The translations under genes and the position numbers were made by a program. 64,000 nt of DNA, taken from contig OZ245777.1 of assembly GCA_965227775.1 (NCBI GenBank), positions 896,001-960,000 of the forward strand, given 5' to 3'. Each line of letters opens with the position of its first letter. Within the stretch, counting starts at the first letter, position 1. The DNA comes from Phycisphaerales bacterium (lineage in GTDB: Bacteria > Planctomycetota > Phycisphaerae > Phycisphaerales > UBA1924). The notes under the pieces are model-generated. The model was not told the DNA's origin and made no database searches. It saw nothing but the letters and a program-made list of their open reading frames with translations. Below, piece after piece: positions 1 to 8,881 of the stretch.

Positions 1-39
1 CGCAACGGCTACAACCGCAACGCTCGCGCCGGTTGAGGC

Positions 40-744
40 CTATGGGCAACCGGCGTCGAACTGCGTCAGGAAGCACAGGAAATCGAAGATGTCCAGCGAT
101 CCGCAGCCGTCGCAGTCGGCGTGGTAGTCGCTGAGCGTGAACGCGTTCTGGTAGGCCAAGAAGTCGAACACGTCGAGCGAGCCGCTGCGATCGAAGTCCG
201 CGTAGCAAGGCGAACCGACGTACATCGCCGTGATCTCGGGTTGCACGTCGCCTGGTGTGTACGCGTCCGAGCCGGTTGCTTGGCCCCACTCGACGCGCAC
301 GTCATCAAGGTCGACGATGAGCACCCCGCTGGTGATGCTGAGCTCGATGAGCCCGCTCTCGGTGCCCATCGCCATGGCGCCCAGCGCTCCAGAGTCGATG
401 ACGCCAGGGTCGAGCAGCGTGTACGGCGTGCCCAGATCGGTAAACGTCGCGCCCGGATTCATGTCGATCGGCCCGACGACGTCGCCGAACACCGACGTCT
501 GGTGGATGGCGATGGCAACGCCCCGATTCAACAGTCGCGTGACGCGCTCGCCCGTGCCGGGGTCGGTTGCCTCCGGCTCGCCCAAGAACACCGCGAACGT
601 ATCGGGCGTGATCGACACGCCCGCGTCGACGCGGAACTCGATGAACAGGGGTTCGTCCGGCGTGATACGGCGCTCGTTGTTGGCGTGCGCGACGGCTGTG
701 CAGCCGAGCGCAGTCGTGAGTGCTGCGATTCGTGTGCGAGTCAT
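40..744 (-). CDS. Secreted GC-type dockerin domain protein
   Basis: N-terminal signal peptide; C-terminal CYADFDRSGSLDVFDFLAYQNAF...ADCDGCGSLDIFDFLCFLTQFDAGCP (two EF-hand-like repeats ending in GC); GGGAGA SD upstream. Confidence 0.85.
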   Translation of the reverse strand: MTRTRIAALTTALGCTAVAHANNERRITPDEPLFIEFRVDAGVSITPDTFAVFLGEPEATDPGTGERVTRLLNRGVAIAIHQTSVFGDVVGPIDMNPGATFTDLGTPYTLLDPGVIDSGALGAMAMGTESGLIELSITSGVLIVDLDDVRVEWGQATGSDAYTPGDVQPEITAMYVGSPCYADFDRSGSLDVFDFLAYQNAFTLSDYHADCDGCGSLDIFDFLCFLTQFDAGCP

Positions 745-863
745 GTTCCATCTCCCTTCGGGTGCTCTTTTCGTGCCCGTCGGAAGTCAGATTACCACAA
801 CCCTGGATCGATTGCAAGTTAAATTTTCGGTGTTCGTTTGGAGTATGGGAAGCCGAACTTCTT

Positions 864-2093
864 TCAAACTTCTGACAGCGCAAGCTCGCACATCATGCGC
901 ACGCCCACCGGGAGCGCGTCGTCGTTGAAGTCGAAGCCGGGTTGGTGCAGCAACGGCAGCAAATCGATGTTGGCGCCGCCTGGTGCAAGGCCGAGCAGGA
1001 AGAAGCACGCCGGCACGTGACGCCCGTAGTAGCTGAAGTCCTCGCCGCCCATGCTCGCCTCGGGCACGATCTCAACGGCCGACTCGCCCAGCGTCCGCCG
1101 TGCAACAGCGAGCATGTGTTCGGCGCACGCCGCGTCGTTGCTTGTGACCGGGTAGCCCGGCTGCCACTCGATTTCTGCGGTGCAGCCGTGGGCTGCTGCA
1201 GTCGATTCGACGACGGCGCGGAAGCGGTCTTCCAGGATCGCGCGCGTGTCGTTGTTGAGCGCACGGATCGTGCCCACGAGCCGCGCATGCTCGGGGATGA
1301 TGTTGTTCGCCGTCCCGGCCTCGAACTGCCCGACGGTGACAACGCCAGCGTCGCACGGATTGACGCTGCGCGAGGCGATGGTCTGCAGCGCCATGACAAC
1401 CGCGCTGGCCGCAACGATCGGATCGGTCGCCAAGTGCGGCATTGCAGCATGCCCGCCCTTGCCGATGATGCGCACGTCGAAATCGTCGGTGCTCGCCATC
1501 AACGGGCCCGGCCGCGTCGCGACATTGCCCAGCGGCATGCGCGGCCAGCCGTGCAGGCCGAAGATGCGCGTCGCCGGCTCGCCAAGCCCGCCGCCGGTAG
1601 CGCCGCGCAGCGCGCCCTGCTCGCACATGACCTCGGCGCCGCCGCCGTCTTCCTCGGCGGGCTGGAAGATGAACAGCACGTTGTTGGGCCGCGTCTCCTG
1701 CGATGCAAGCGCCCGCGCCGCGCCGAGCAGGATGGCCGTGTGCCCGTCATGCCCGCACGCGTGCATCACGCCCGGGTTAGTCGAGGCGTACCGCTTGCCG
1801 GTCGCTTCGGTGACGGGCAGCGCGTCGATGTCGGCCCGCAGCGCGATGGTCTCGCTCGTCGCTTCGGTTGCGGGCAGGTACGCGATGACGCCGGTGCCGT
1901 TGCTGGCAAGGCCGGTCTTGACCTCGAGCCCCAGCTCACGCAGCTCGTGCTCGATGCGCGCCGAGGTCTCGTGCTCGCGATTGCTCAGCTCGGGGTTGCG
2001 GTGCAGGTCTTGCCGCAGGGCGGTCAGCCGCTCGTGGTCGGCAGCGATGGCCTGTTCGATCGTGTTCGAAGTGCTCGTCGAGGTCGTCGTCAT
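864..2093 (-). CDS. M20D family amidohydrolase
   Basis: LHRNPELS, LRADIDALP, MHACGHDGH, FQPAEE, GGEDF and LHQP motifs; start overlaps the upstream stop (ATGA). Confidence 0.93.
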   Translation of the reverse strand: MTTTSTSTSNTIEQAIAADHERLTALRQDLHRNPELSNREHETSARIEHELRELGLEVKTGLASNGTGVIAYLPATEATSETIALRADIDALPVTEATGKRYASTNPGVMHACGHDGHTAILLGAARALASQETRPNNVLFIFQPAEEDGGGAEVMCEQGALRGATGGGLGEPATRIFGLHGWPRMPLGNVATRPGPLMASTDDFDVRIIGKGGHAAMPHLATDPIVAASAVVMALQTIASRSVNPCDAGVVTVGQFEAGTANNIIPEHARLVGTIRALNNDTRAILEDRFRAVVESTAAAHGCTAEIEWQPGYPVTSNDAACAEHMLAVARRTLGESAVEIVPEASMGGEDFSYYGRHVPACFFLLGLAPGGANIDLLPLLHQPGFDFNDDALPVGVRMMCELALSEV

Positions 2094-3004
2094 CGCCGCA
2101 TTGTATCGGCGGCGAACAGGGCGGCCCCGATGAGGCCCGCGTCGTCGCCGAACGCGCTCTGGCGGACGGACAGCGTCCGGCCCGGCGGGAACGCGTCGGT
2201 GTTGGCGGCTTGGCCTACGACCCGGGCAACCGCGGGCCCGATGCCCTCGACCAGCGCGCCACCTACCACCACCACGGTGGGCCCCAGCAGCGCGCACGCT
2301 GTGGCGGCCGCCGAACCGATGAGCCGCAGCGCCGCGTCGACGACTTCGGTGCACAACGCATCGCCCGCGCGATAGGCGTCGGCGATGGCCTCGGGCGTTG
2401 CCTCGCGCACGGTGCTGGCCCGCCCTTGTTCGAGCCCGACACGCACGGCCTCCACGATCGCCCGCCGCGAGCAGCATTGCTCCACCGTGCGCGCATCCGC
2501 CGGCCCGTCGGCGTTTACGATGATGTGCCCGGCCTCGACCGCGACGCCGTCGATGCCCAGGTAGACCTCGCCATCGAGCACCGCCCCGCCGCCGACGCCC
2601 GTGCCGATCCACAGCGCGATCATGTCTGCCTCGCCGCGCGCGGCGCCCAGGCGCTGCTCGCCCAAGGCCGCCGCGTTGACGTCGTTGATGAGCACCGTCT
2701 GCACGCCGAGTCGCTCGACAACCAGATCGCCGAGGGCGACGTCACGCCAACCCAGGTTGATCGCCGCGGTGATGGTGTTGCCGACGACGGGCCCGGGCAC
2801 GCCAATGCCGATGGCATTTGGGAGCTCGATGCCGGATTGGGCTGCAACATCTCGCACCGCGTTGGCGATCGCCGCGGCCGCCTCGTTCGGGTCGCGTGGC
2901 GCCGCAGCCTTTGAACGCGCAACGACGCCGCCAGCAGCATCGATGACGCCCGCGCGTAAGCCGGTCGCGCCGAGATCAACGCCGATGCGCAGCGGCGTCG
3001 TCAT
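2090..3004 (-). CDS. ROK family sugar kinase (glucokinase-like)
   Basis: IGVDLGAT, GIGVPGPV, NDVNAAALGE, GTGVGGG, EAGH, DAGLIGAA. Confidence 0.9.
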   Translation of the reverse strand: MTTPLRIGVDLGATGLRAGVIDAAGGVVARSKAAAPRDPNEAAAAIANAVRDVAAQSGIELPNAIGIGVPGPVVGNTITAAINLGWRDVALGDLVVERLGVQTVLINDVNAAALGEQRLGAARGEADMIALWIGTGVGGGAVLDGEVYLGIDGVAVEAGHIIVNADGPADARTVEQCCSRRAIVEAVRVGLEQGRASTVREATPEAIADAYRAGDALCTEVVDAALRLIGSAAATACALLGPTVVVVGGALVEGIGPAVARVVGQAANTDAFPPGRTLSVRQSAFGDDAGLIGAALFAADTMRR

Positions 3005-3876
3005 AGCAGGTGTGCTCCGAGCGTCGTGCACGCATCGCTCGTTGCATGCTCGCCGATTGCGAACAGCGTCGAGCCGCTACCAGTCACGTGCACGGGTGCC
3101 TGCCATCGATGCACGAGCGTGTCTCGCAGCGCGGCAAGCTCGGGCCGCACCGACATCGCGGGTCCTGCCAAGTCATTGAACAACTCGGCGACGAGCGGCG
3201 ACTGCATCGCCAGCGATCGCACTTCTGCCTCGCGGAGCGGTCCGGGCTCGAACCCATCGAAGGCGGCGTATACGTCCTTCGTCGCGCACCCGAACGGCGG
3301 CACGGCCAGAGTCACAGGCAGCGTTTCGCTGGGTGCGGCAAGGCGCTCGATCGTGTCACCGAAGCCGGCGACGATCGCGGGCCTGGGAGGCGCATCGAGG
3401 CTCGGGTCGGCATCGTCGATGAAGAACGCCACGTCGCTGCCGAGCGTCATCGCCAGTTCGCGGAGTGTCTCGGGGCTGTGGCCGAGTCCGAGCAGTACGC
3501 TTCCTGCGCGCAACACCGCGGCGGCGTTGCTGCTGCCGCCTCCAAGCCCGCCGCCATCGGGCACGCGCTTGCGCAGCGTGATGTGCAGCGGTGCGCGCTC
3601 GTCGAGCTGATTCGCAGCGCGCACGGCGAGGTCGTCCTCGGCGTTCCACGCCAGCGGCTCGCCCGCGTGCACCGGCGCGTCATCGGCCCAACGCGCGTCG
3701 AGGGCCGGTCCATCCAGCGAGCGATCGACGCGAACCTCGACGTCATCGTGCAGGTCGATGGCGTGCATCCAGGAGCAGATGCGGTGCCAGCCCCTGCGCG
3801 GGCCATCACGCTCGGGCGGGGCCACCGCCAGGGCAAGGTTCAGCTTTGCAAAGGCTCTCAGCCGCATCGAGTCCAT
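3001..3876 (-). CDS. ispE: 4-diphosphocytidyl-2-C-methyl-D-erythritol kinase
   Basis: AKLNLAL, KRVPDGGGLGGGSSNAA (GHMP ATP loop), LGSDVAFF, NDL, VTGSGSTLF. Confidence 0.9.
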   Translation of the reverse strand: MDSMRLRAFAKLNLALAVAPPERDGPRRGWHRICSWMHAIDLHDDVEVRVDRSLDGPALDARWADDAPVHAGEPLAWNAEDDLAVRAANQLDERAPLHITLRKRVPDGGGLGGGSSNAAAVLRAGSVLLGLGHSPETLRELAMTLGSDVAFFIDDADPSLDAPPRPAIVAGFGDTIERLAAPSETLPVTLAVPPFGCATKDVYAAFDGFEPGPLREAEVRSLAMQSPLVAELFNDLAGPAMSVRPELAALRDTLVHRWQAPVHVTGSGSTLFAIGEHATSDACTTLGAHLL

Positions 3877-3923
3877 CGCCAACCCTATCGACCGATCGGG
3901 GCGGTCGATACGTACGATGGCCC

Positions 3924-5075
3924 ATGGCAACGGTTGGAGAACTCATCGACGCCCTCGAGACCTTCGCGCCCTTGCGATACGCGGGCAGCTGGGACAACGT
4001 GGGCCTCATCGTCGGCTCGCGCGGTCAGGCCCTGAAGGGCCCCGTGCTGCTGACCATCGACCTCGCGCCCGACGTGCTGGAGGAAGCGCGGGCCGCGGGG
4101 GTGTCGGCCATCCTGGCGTACCACCCGCCCATCTTCCACCCAATCAAGAGCCTGACTGACGACCACGCGATGGGCAAGATGCTGCTCGAAGCCGTGACGG
4201 CGGGCATGTCGGTGGTCAGCCCGCACAGCAGCCTCGACGCGGCCCCCGGCGGCATGTGCGACTGGCTGTGCGAGGCCATCAGCGGCTCGAAGACCGAGGG
4301 CTCCATCGCCGGCGACGTGCGGGCCCTTATGCCGCACATGGAGCGGCCCGGCAGCCGCGAGATCAAGATCGTCACCTTCGTGCCACACAAGGACGCCGAC
4401 CAGGTCCGCAACGCCCTGGCCTCCGCCGGCGCGGGCATCATCGGCGCGTACACCGCCTGCTCCTTCGGCGTCGAGGGAAGCGGCACGTTCTTCGCCAACG
4501 ACGACGCCAATCCGGTAGTCGGCGAGATCGGCCAGCTCGAGCGTGTCGAGGAGCTGCGCCTCGAGATGGTGTGCAGCAAGGCCGCCCTGCCCATCGCGAT
4601 GGAGACGCTCCGCCAGTTCCACCCTTACGAGGAACCCGCGGTCGACCTCTACGAGCTTCTGCCCGAGCCCGTGCGCCACGCCGGCGCGGGCCGGCGGCTG
4701 GTGCTCGACCGCCCCGCCGCGCCAGCCGAGATTGCCGACCGGCTCAAGACCTTCCTGGGCATACCGGCCGTCAAGGTCGCCGCCGTCGACGGCGACGTCC
4801 ACAAGCCGGTGCGAACGGTGGGCGTGTGCCCGGGCGCGGGTGCCTCGCTGCGCACGCACGCGCTGGCGGCTGGCTGCGACTTCTTCGTGACCGGCGAGAT
4901 GACGCACCACGAGGCACTCGAGCTGCTCCGCAAGGACTGCGGCGTGCTGCTGGCCGGCCACACCAACACCGAGCGCGGTTACCTGCCCCGCCTGCGAGAC
5001 CGCCTGGTCGACCTGCTGCCCGAGACCGAATGCATGGTCTCGACGCGAGATCGCACGCCGTTTACGTGGATGTGA
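3924..5075 (+). CDS. Nif3-like dinuclear metal-center protein (long form with PII/CutA-like insert)
   Basis: WDNVGL, YHPPIF, HSSLDA, HPYEEPAVD insert, TGEMTHH, GHTNTE. Confidence 0.92.
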   Translation: MATVGELIDALETFAPLRYAGSWDNVGLIVGSRGQALKGPVLLTIDLAPDVLEEARAAGVSAILAYHPPIFHPIKSLTDDHAMGKMLLEAVTAGMSVVSPHSSLDAAPGGMCDWLCEAISGSKTEGSIAGDVRALMPHMERPGSREIKIVTFVPHKDADQVRNALASAGAGIIGAYTACSFGVEGSGTFFANDDANPVVGEIGQLERVEELRLEMVCSKAALPIAMETLRQFHPYEEPAVDLYELLPEPVRHAGAGRRLVLDRPAAPAEIADRLKTFLGIPAVKVAAVDGDVHKPVRTVGVCPGAGASLRTHALAAGCDFFVTGEMTHHEALELLRKDCGVLLAGHTNTERGYLPRLRDRLVDLLPETECMVSTRDRTPFTWM

Positions 5076-5472
5076 GGCGGGCGCGGAGATCATTGACAGC
5101 GGCGATCCAGGGTTCCGCGTCATTGACTTCTTCCCAACGCGCTCTTAGGTCGGACTCATCATGGAGCACTCGATCGATGATCGCGAGGCCGCGTTCAATG
5201 AGCGAAGCAGGCGGCTCGATTGGATGGGCCGCAACCCATTCGTCTACGCTTTCGGTGTAACTGTCGTGATAACCTGGGTTCCCCTTCAGACGCGCGAGGA
5301 CCTCGCATGCGGCCAGCGCCATTTCCTCGCTAGCCAGAAACGGAAACTCAGTCTCTCGCTCAACAGCAGCGAATGCCCTGTCAATCGGCGACAGGTCGTT
5401 GAACTCAGACATGGAGTCACCGAAGTCGCACGCATCATCATTGTCGAACGTGTTGTGTCCCCAGCACCCCAT
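5062..5472 (-). CDS. DUF4259 family protein
   Basis: MGCWGHNTFDNDDACD N-terminus and SDLRARWEE...LRARL C-terminus; GAGGAG SD. Confidence 0.8.
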   Translation of the reverse strand: MGCWGHNTFDNDDACDFGDSMSEFNDLSPIDRAFAAVERETEFPFLASEEMALAACEVLARLKGNPGYHDSYTESVDEWVAAHPIEPPASLIERGLAIIDRVLHDESDLRARWEEVNDAEPWIAAVNDLRARLTST

Positions 5473-5532
5473 GGCCGTTCTCCTCGCGTCTCGTTTTGAT
5501 GGACCGGAGAATCAACGCTTCTGGTATGATAG

Positions 5533-5567
5533 AAAAAGCCCCGCGCCGTGAGAACACGACGCGGGGC
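5533..5567 (-). terminator. Intrinsic terminator upstream of the DUF4259 gene
   Basis: Minus strand GCCCCGCGTCGTG-TTCT-CACGGCGCGGGGC followed by TTTTTCT. Confidence 0.65.
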
Positions 5568-5705
5568 CGGTGCAGGGGGATGCGGCCACGATTGCCCAGA
5601 CGCTGGGCACGGCCTTTAGGCCGATGGCCGAACACCAACAATGTCCATTGCAGGCCGCTGATCGCCCACCAACCGGGGCGGGGATTGACGAGTGAAACGG
5701 CCCCG
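5533..5705 (-). ncRNA. Candidate structured RNA, family unassigned
   Basis: Nested stems in an intergenic region ending at an intrinsic terminator (see findings). Confidence 0.35.
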
Positions 5706-5763
5706 GCGGCCGCACGACCCCCCCACGCGGTGCCGCCAGCGGGTGGTTCTGGTACCATGGGCG

Positions 5764-6330
5764 ATGCCTGGCCCCCACGTTGCCATCTATCCGGGCTCGT
5801 TCGACCCCATAACCTTCGGCCACCTGGACGTCATCCGGCGGGGTCGGACGCTGTTCGATGAGCTGGTCGTGGCCATCGGGAACAACCCCAGCAAGCCCCA
5901 GCTCTTCACCGCCGACGAGCGGGCCTCGATGGCCCGGGACCTCGTCAACGAGATGTGCCGTCAGGAGCCCGGTCACGCCCCCGTTCGCGTCGAGGTGTTC
6001 ACCGGGCTCACGGTCGACTTTGCCAAGGCCGAGGGTGCGGCGGCGCTGCTCCGCGGCGTGCGCAACCTCTCGGACTTGCAGTACGAGGTCCAGCAGGCGG
6101 TGACCAACCGGCAGCTCGCGGGCCTGGAGACGGCCTTCATGGTCGCCGGCGAGAGCTTCGCGTACATCAGCAGCAGCCTCATCAAGCAGATCGCCGCGAT
6201 GGGCAGCGACCCAGACGTGCTCAAGAGCATGGTGCCCGAGGCGGTCATCGAGGCGATGTGGGCCAAGCGCGACCACCCGCTGCTGGCTCGCCTGCGGGCC
6301 GACCACGACCCGGCGAACGACGAGGGCTGA
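5764..6330 (+). CDS. coaD: Pantetheine-phosphate adenylyltransferase
   Basis: AIYPGSFDPITFGHLDVI, LLRGVRNLSD, ISSSLIK. Confidence 0.96.
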   Translation: MPGPHVAIYPGSFDPITFGHLDVIRRGRTLFDELVVAIGNNPSKPQLFTADERASMARDLVNEMCRQEPGHAPVRVEVFTGLTVDFAKAEGAAALLRGVRNLSDLQYEVQQAVTNRQLAGLETAFMVAGESFAYISSSLIKQIAAMGSDPDVLKSMVPEAVIEAMWAKRDHPLLARLRADHDPANDEG

Positions 6331-6408
6331 CGCGGCAGGGCGCCCCGCAGAGCCGTTGGGCGGCGCTGCGGCTTGATCGGTGCCCGTGGGTGCGCCACCA
6401 TACCAGCG

Positions 6409-7239
6409 ATGCCCGGGCGGCTTGGGAGCTTGAAGATCAGCGGTCTGAGCCGATGGCTGGTCATCGGGGCCCTGTCGATCGTGGCGCTGCTGACGCTGGC
6501 GGGCGTGGTGGCGTTCTCGCTTTCAGAGCAGGCGCCCGCGTGGTGGCGCACCGTCCGCCGAGACGATCCGCGCACCGAGCAGACGGCCATCGCCATCGAG
6601 AACGGCCTGTGGAACGCGCTCTACCAGCGCCGCGAGGCGGGCCAGGAGCGCTGGCACGTGTGGGTGGGCGCCAACGACGCCAACGCCTGGCTCAACACCA
6701 CCATGCGGGACTGGGTCGCCGCCCAATGGGAGCTCGTCGGCTGGCCTCAGGAGCTCGAAGAGGTCCAGGTCGAGTTCATGGACGGGTACATCGCCATCGG
6801 CTTGCGCGTCGGCATGCCCGACGGCGTGCGCTACATCTCGGCGGTCGTCGAGCCCATCATCGACGAGAACGGCGCCCTGTGGCTGCCGGCCCGCACCGTG
6901 AGCGTGGGCCGCCTGACGCTGCCCGCGGGCGTGTTGCTGGACTACCTCCGCCGGAATCAGGAGGAATACGTGCCCCCCGCGCTGCTGACGCTGCCCGAGA
7001 CCCGGGCCATCTTCAACGCGCTCGAGGGCAAGGCCCCGCTGATCGAGGATGCCTCGCAGTCGCTGGGCGATGGTCGCCGCGTCAGCCTCATCGCGATGCG
7101 ACCCGTGGGCGCGCGGCTCGAGCTGTGGTGCACGACCTCGCAGGACGACGACCCAGACGACGGCGACGACCTCCGCCGCGTGCGGGCCCAGAGCCCCGCG
7201 GCCATGGCCATCGAGCGGGAGCAGCAGGACCCGGGCTGA
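6409..7239 (+). CDS. Hypothetical membrane-anchored protein
   Basis: Single N-terminal TM segment followed by PAWW; protein-like composition; lies in the coaD-lysS run. Confidence 0.7.
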   Translation: MPGRLGSLKISGLSRWLVIGALSIVALLTLAGVVAFSLSEQAPAWWRTVRRDDPRTEQTAIAIENGLWNALYQRREAGQERWHVWVGANDANAWLNTTMRDWVAAQWELVGWPQELEEVQVEFMDGYIAIGLRVGMPDGVRYISAVVEPIIDENGALWLPARTVSVGRLTLPAGVLLDYLRRNQEEYVPPALLTLPETRAIFNALEGKAPLIEDASQSLGDGRRVSLIAMRPVGARLELWCTTSQDDDPDDGDDLRRVRAQSPAAMAIEREQQDPG

Positions 7240-7264
7240 GCCGCTTTTCCTACAATCGCGGCCC

Positions 7265-8881
7265 ATGAGTGAAGCCGCGACCGATCAGACGCCCGCCCAC
7301 CCCAACGCCGACAACGAGTTCGTACGCCAGCGCCTTGCCAACCGCGAGGCCATCGCGAACCTCGGCATGAAGCCCTATGGCGTGCGCGAGGACGGGCTGG
7401 TGGAGCTCGCGCGTGCACATGATCTCTACGACGCCGATGCAGACGCGGCGCATCAGCAGGCCGAGGCCGATCGCAAGGCGAAGCTGAAGGAAGATCCGAA
7501 CGCCGACGTGCCCCCTTCGACGGACAACCGCACGCGCGTGCGCGTTGCGGGTCGCGTCGTGCTGCACCGCGACAACGGCAAGCTGGTGTGGCTCAACCTG
7601 CGCGACGCGACCGGCGACCTGCAGATCGCCGTCAGCAAGCGCGACTGCGCCGAAGCGGGCTTCAACCTTGCCAAGCACACGGACCTGGCGGACGTCATCG
7701 TGGCCGAGGGCCCGCTGATGAAGACGCGCGCCGGCGAGCTGACCATCTGGGCCAGCGACCTCCGGCCGGGGTCCAAGAGCATCGAGCCCCCGCCCGAGAA
7801 GCACGCGGGCCTGAGCGATCCCGAGGCGCGCTTCCGTCGGCGGTACGTCGACCTGTGGAGTAACCCCGAGGCGATGGCTCGGCTGGTGCTGCGCGGCAAG
7901 ATCGTGCGCGACGTGCGCGCCTTCATGGAAGAGCGCGGCTTCGCAGAGGTCGAGACGCCCGTGCTGCAGGCGCAGGCCGGCGGCGCTGCCGCGAAGCCGT
8001 TCATCACGCACCTGAACGCGCTGGACATGGACCTGTCGCTGCGCATCGCCCCCGAGCTGCACCTGAAGCGGCTCCTGGTCGCGGGCATGCCGCGTGTGTT
8101 CGAGATGAGCCGCAACTTCAGGAACGAGGGCCTGAGCCGCCGGCACAATCCCGAGTTCACGTCGATGGAGGCCTACCAGGCGTTCGGCGACGCGCACACG
8201 ATGCTCGAGCTGGCCGAGAGCATGGTGCGTCGCCTGGCCGAGATGGTGTGCGCCGACCCGGCGTACAAGGGCCTGTACCCGGAGGCGACGACCAAGGCCA
8301 TGCCCTGGGAAGGACTCGAGATCAACTATGCCGACCCGTTCGTGCAGGTTGAGTATGGCGACCTGTTCGAGAACGCCGTGGGCTGCTCCATGTTTGACGA
8401 GCAAGCCGTGCGCGCGGCTTGCGTGAGCGCTGGCTACGACGATGCGAGCACCACCGACCACTGGCTGTTGGTCGATCGCCTCTTCGAGGACAAGGCCGAA
8501 GAGCTGATCGACACCACGCGACCGACCTTCGTGCTGCACTACCCCAGCGCGACGAGCCCGCTCACGCGCCCGCTCGACGACCGCCCCGAGCTGGCCGGCC
8601 GGTGGGACCTGTTCATCGCGGGCATGGAGATCGGCCCGGCGTACACCGAGCTGAACGACCCGCACGTGCAGGAGGCCAAGTTCCGCCAGCAGCTCGAGGG
8701 CGCCAAGGCCGACGACGACACGTTCCGCACGCTCGACGAAGATTTCCTGCGCGCCCTGCGCGTGGGCATGCCCCCCGCCGGCGGCATCGGCCTGGGCATC
8801 GATCGCCTGGCAATGCTGCTGACCGGCGGTTCGAGCTTGCGGGAGGTGATCCCCTTCCCGTTCATGCGGCCGGAGGCGTGA
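7265..8881 (+). CDS. lysS: Lysine--tRNA ligase (class II)
   Basis: OB-fold VRVAGRV, RRYVDL, EVETPVL, LRIAPELHLKRL, FRNEG..RHNPEFT, GMPPAGGIGLGIDRL. Confidence 0.97.
   Translation: MSEAATDQTPAHPNADNEFVRQRLANREAIANLGMKPYGVREDGLVELARAHDLYDADADAAHQQAEADRKAKLKEDPNADVPPSTDNRTRVRVAGRVVLHRDNGKLVWLNLRDATGDLQIAVSKRDCAEAGFNLAKHTDLADVIVAEGPLMKTRAGELTIWASDLRPGSKSIEPPPEKHAGLSDPEARFRRRYVDLWSNPEAMARLVLRGKIVRDVRAFMEERGFAEVETPVLQAQAGGAAAKPFITHLNALDMDLSLRIAPELHLKRLLVAGMPRVFEMSRNFRNEGLSRRHNPEFTSMEAYQAFGDAHTMLELAESMVRRLAEMVCADPAYKGLYPEATTKAMPWEGLEINYADPFVQVEYGDLFENAVGCSMFDEQAVRAACVSAGYDDASTTDHWLLVDRLFEDKAEELIDTTRPTFVLHYPSATSPLTRPLDDRPELAGRWDLFIAGMEIGPAYTELNDPHVQEAKFRQQLEGAKADDDTFRTLDEDFLRALRVGMPPAGGIGLGIDRLAMLLTGGSSLREVIPFPFMRPEA

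Noticed and set aside
864..2612. 582-aa extended amidohydrolase ORF, and similar N-terminal extensions of nif3, lysS, bshB1, DUF5694 and the FHA kinase
   Set aside because: The extensions overlap neighbouring genes and are low-complexity Arg-rich; downstream starts fit the family N-termini.
5657..5704. CTGATCG...TTGACGAGTGAAAC as a possible hammerhead ribozyme core
   Set aside because: CUGANGA is imperfect and there is no room for stem II before GAAA.
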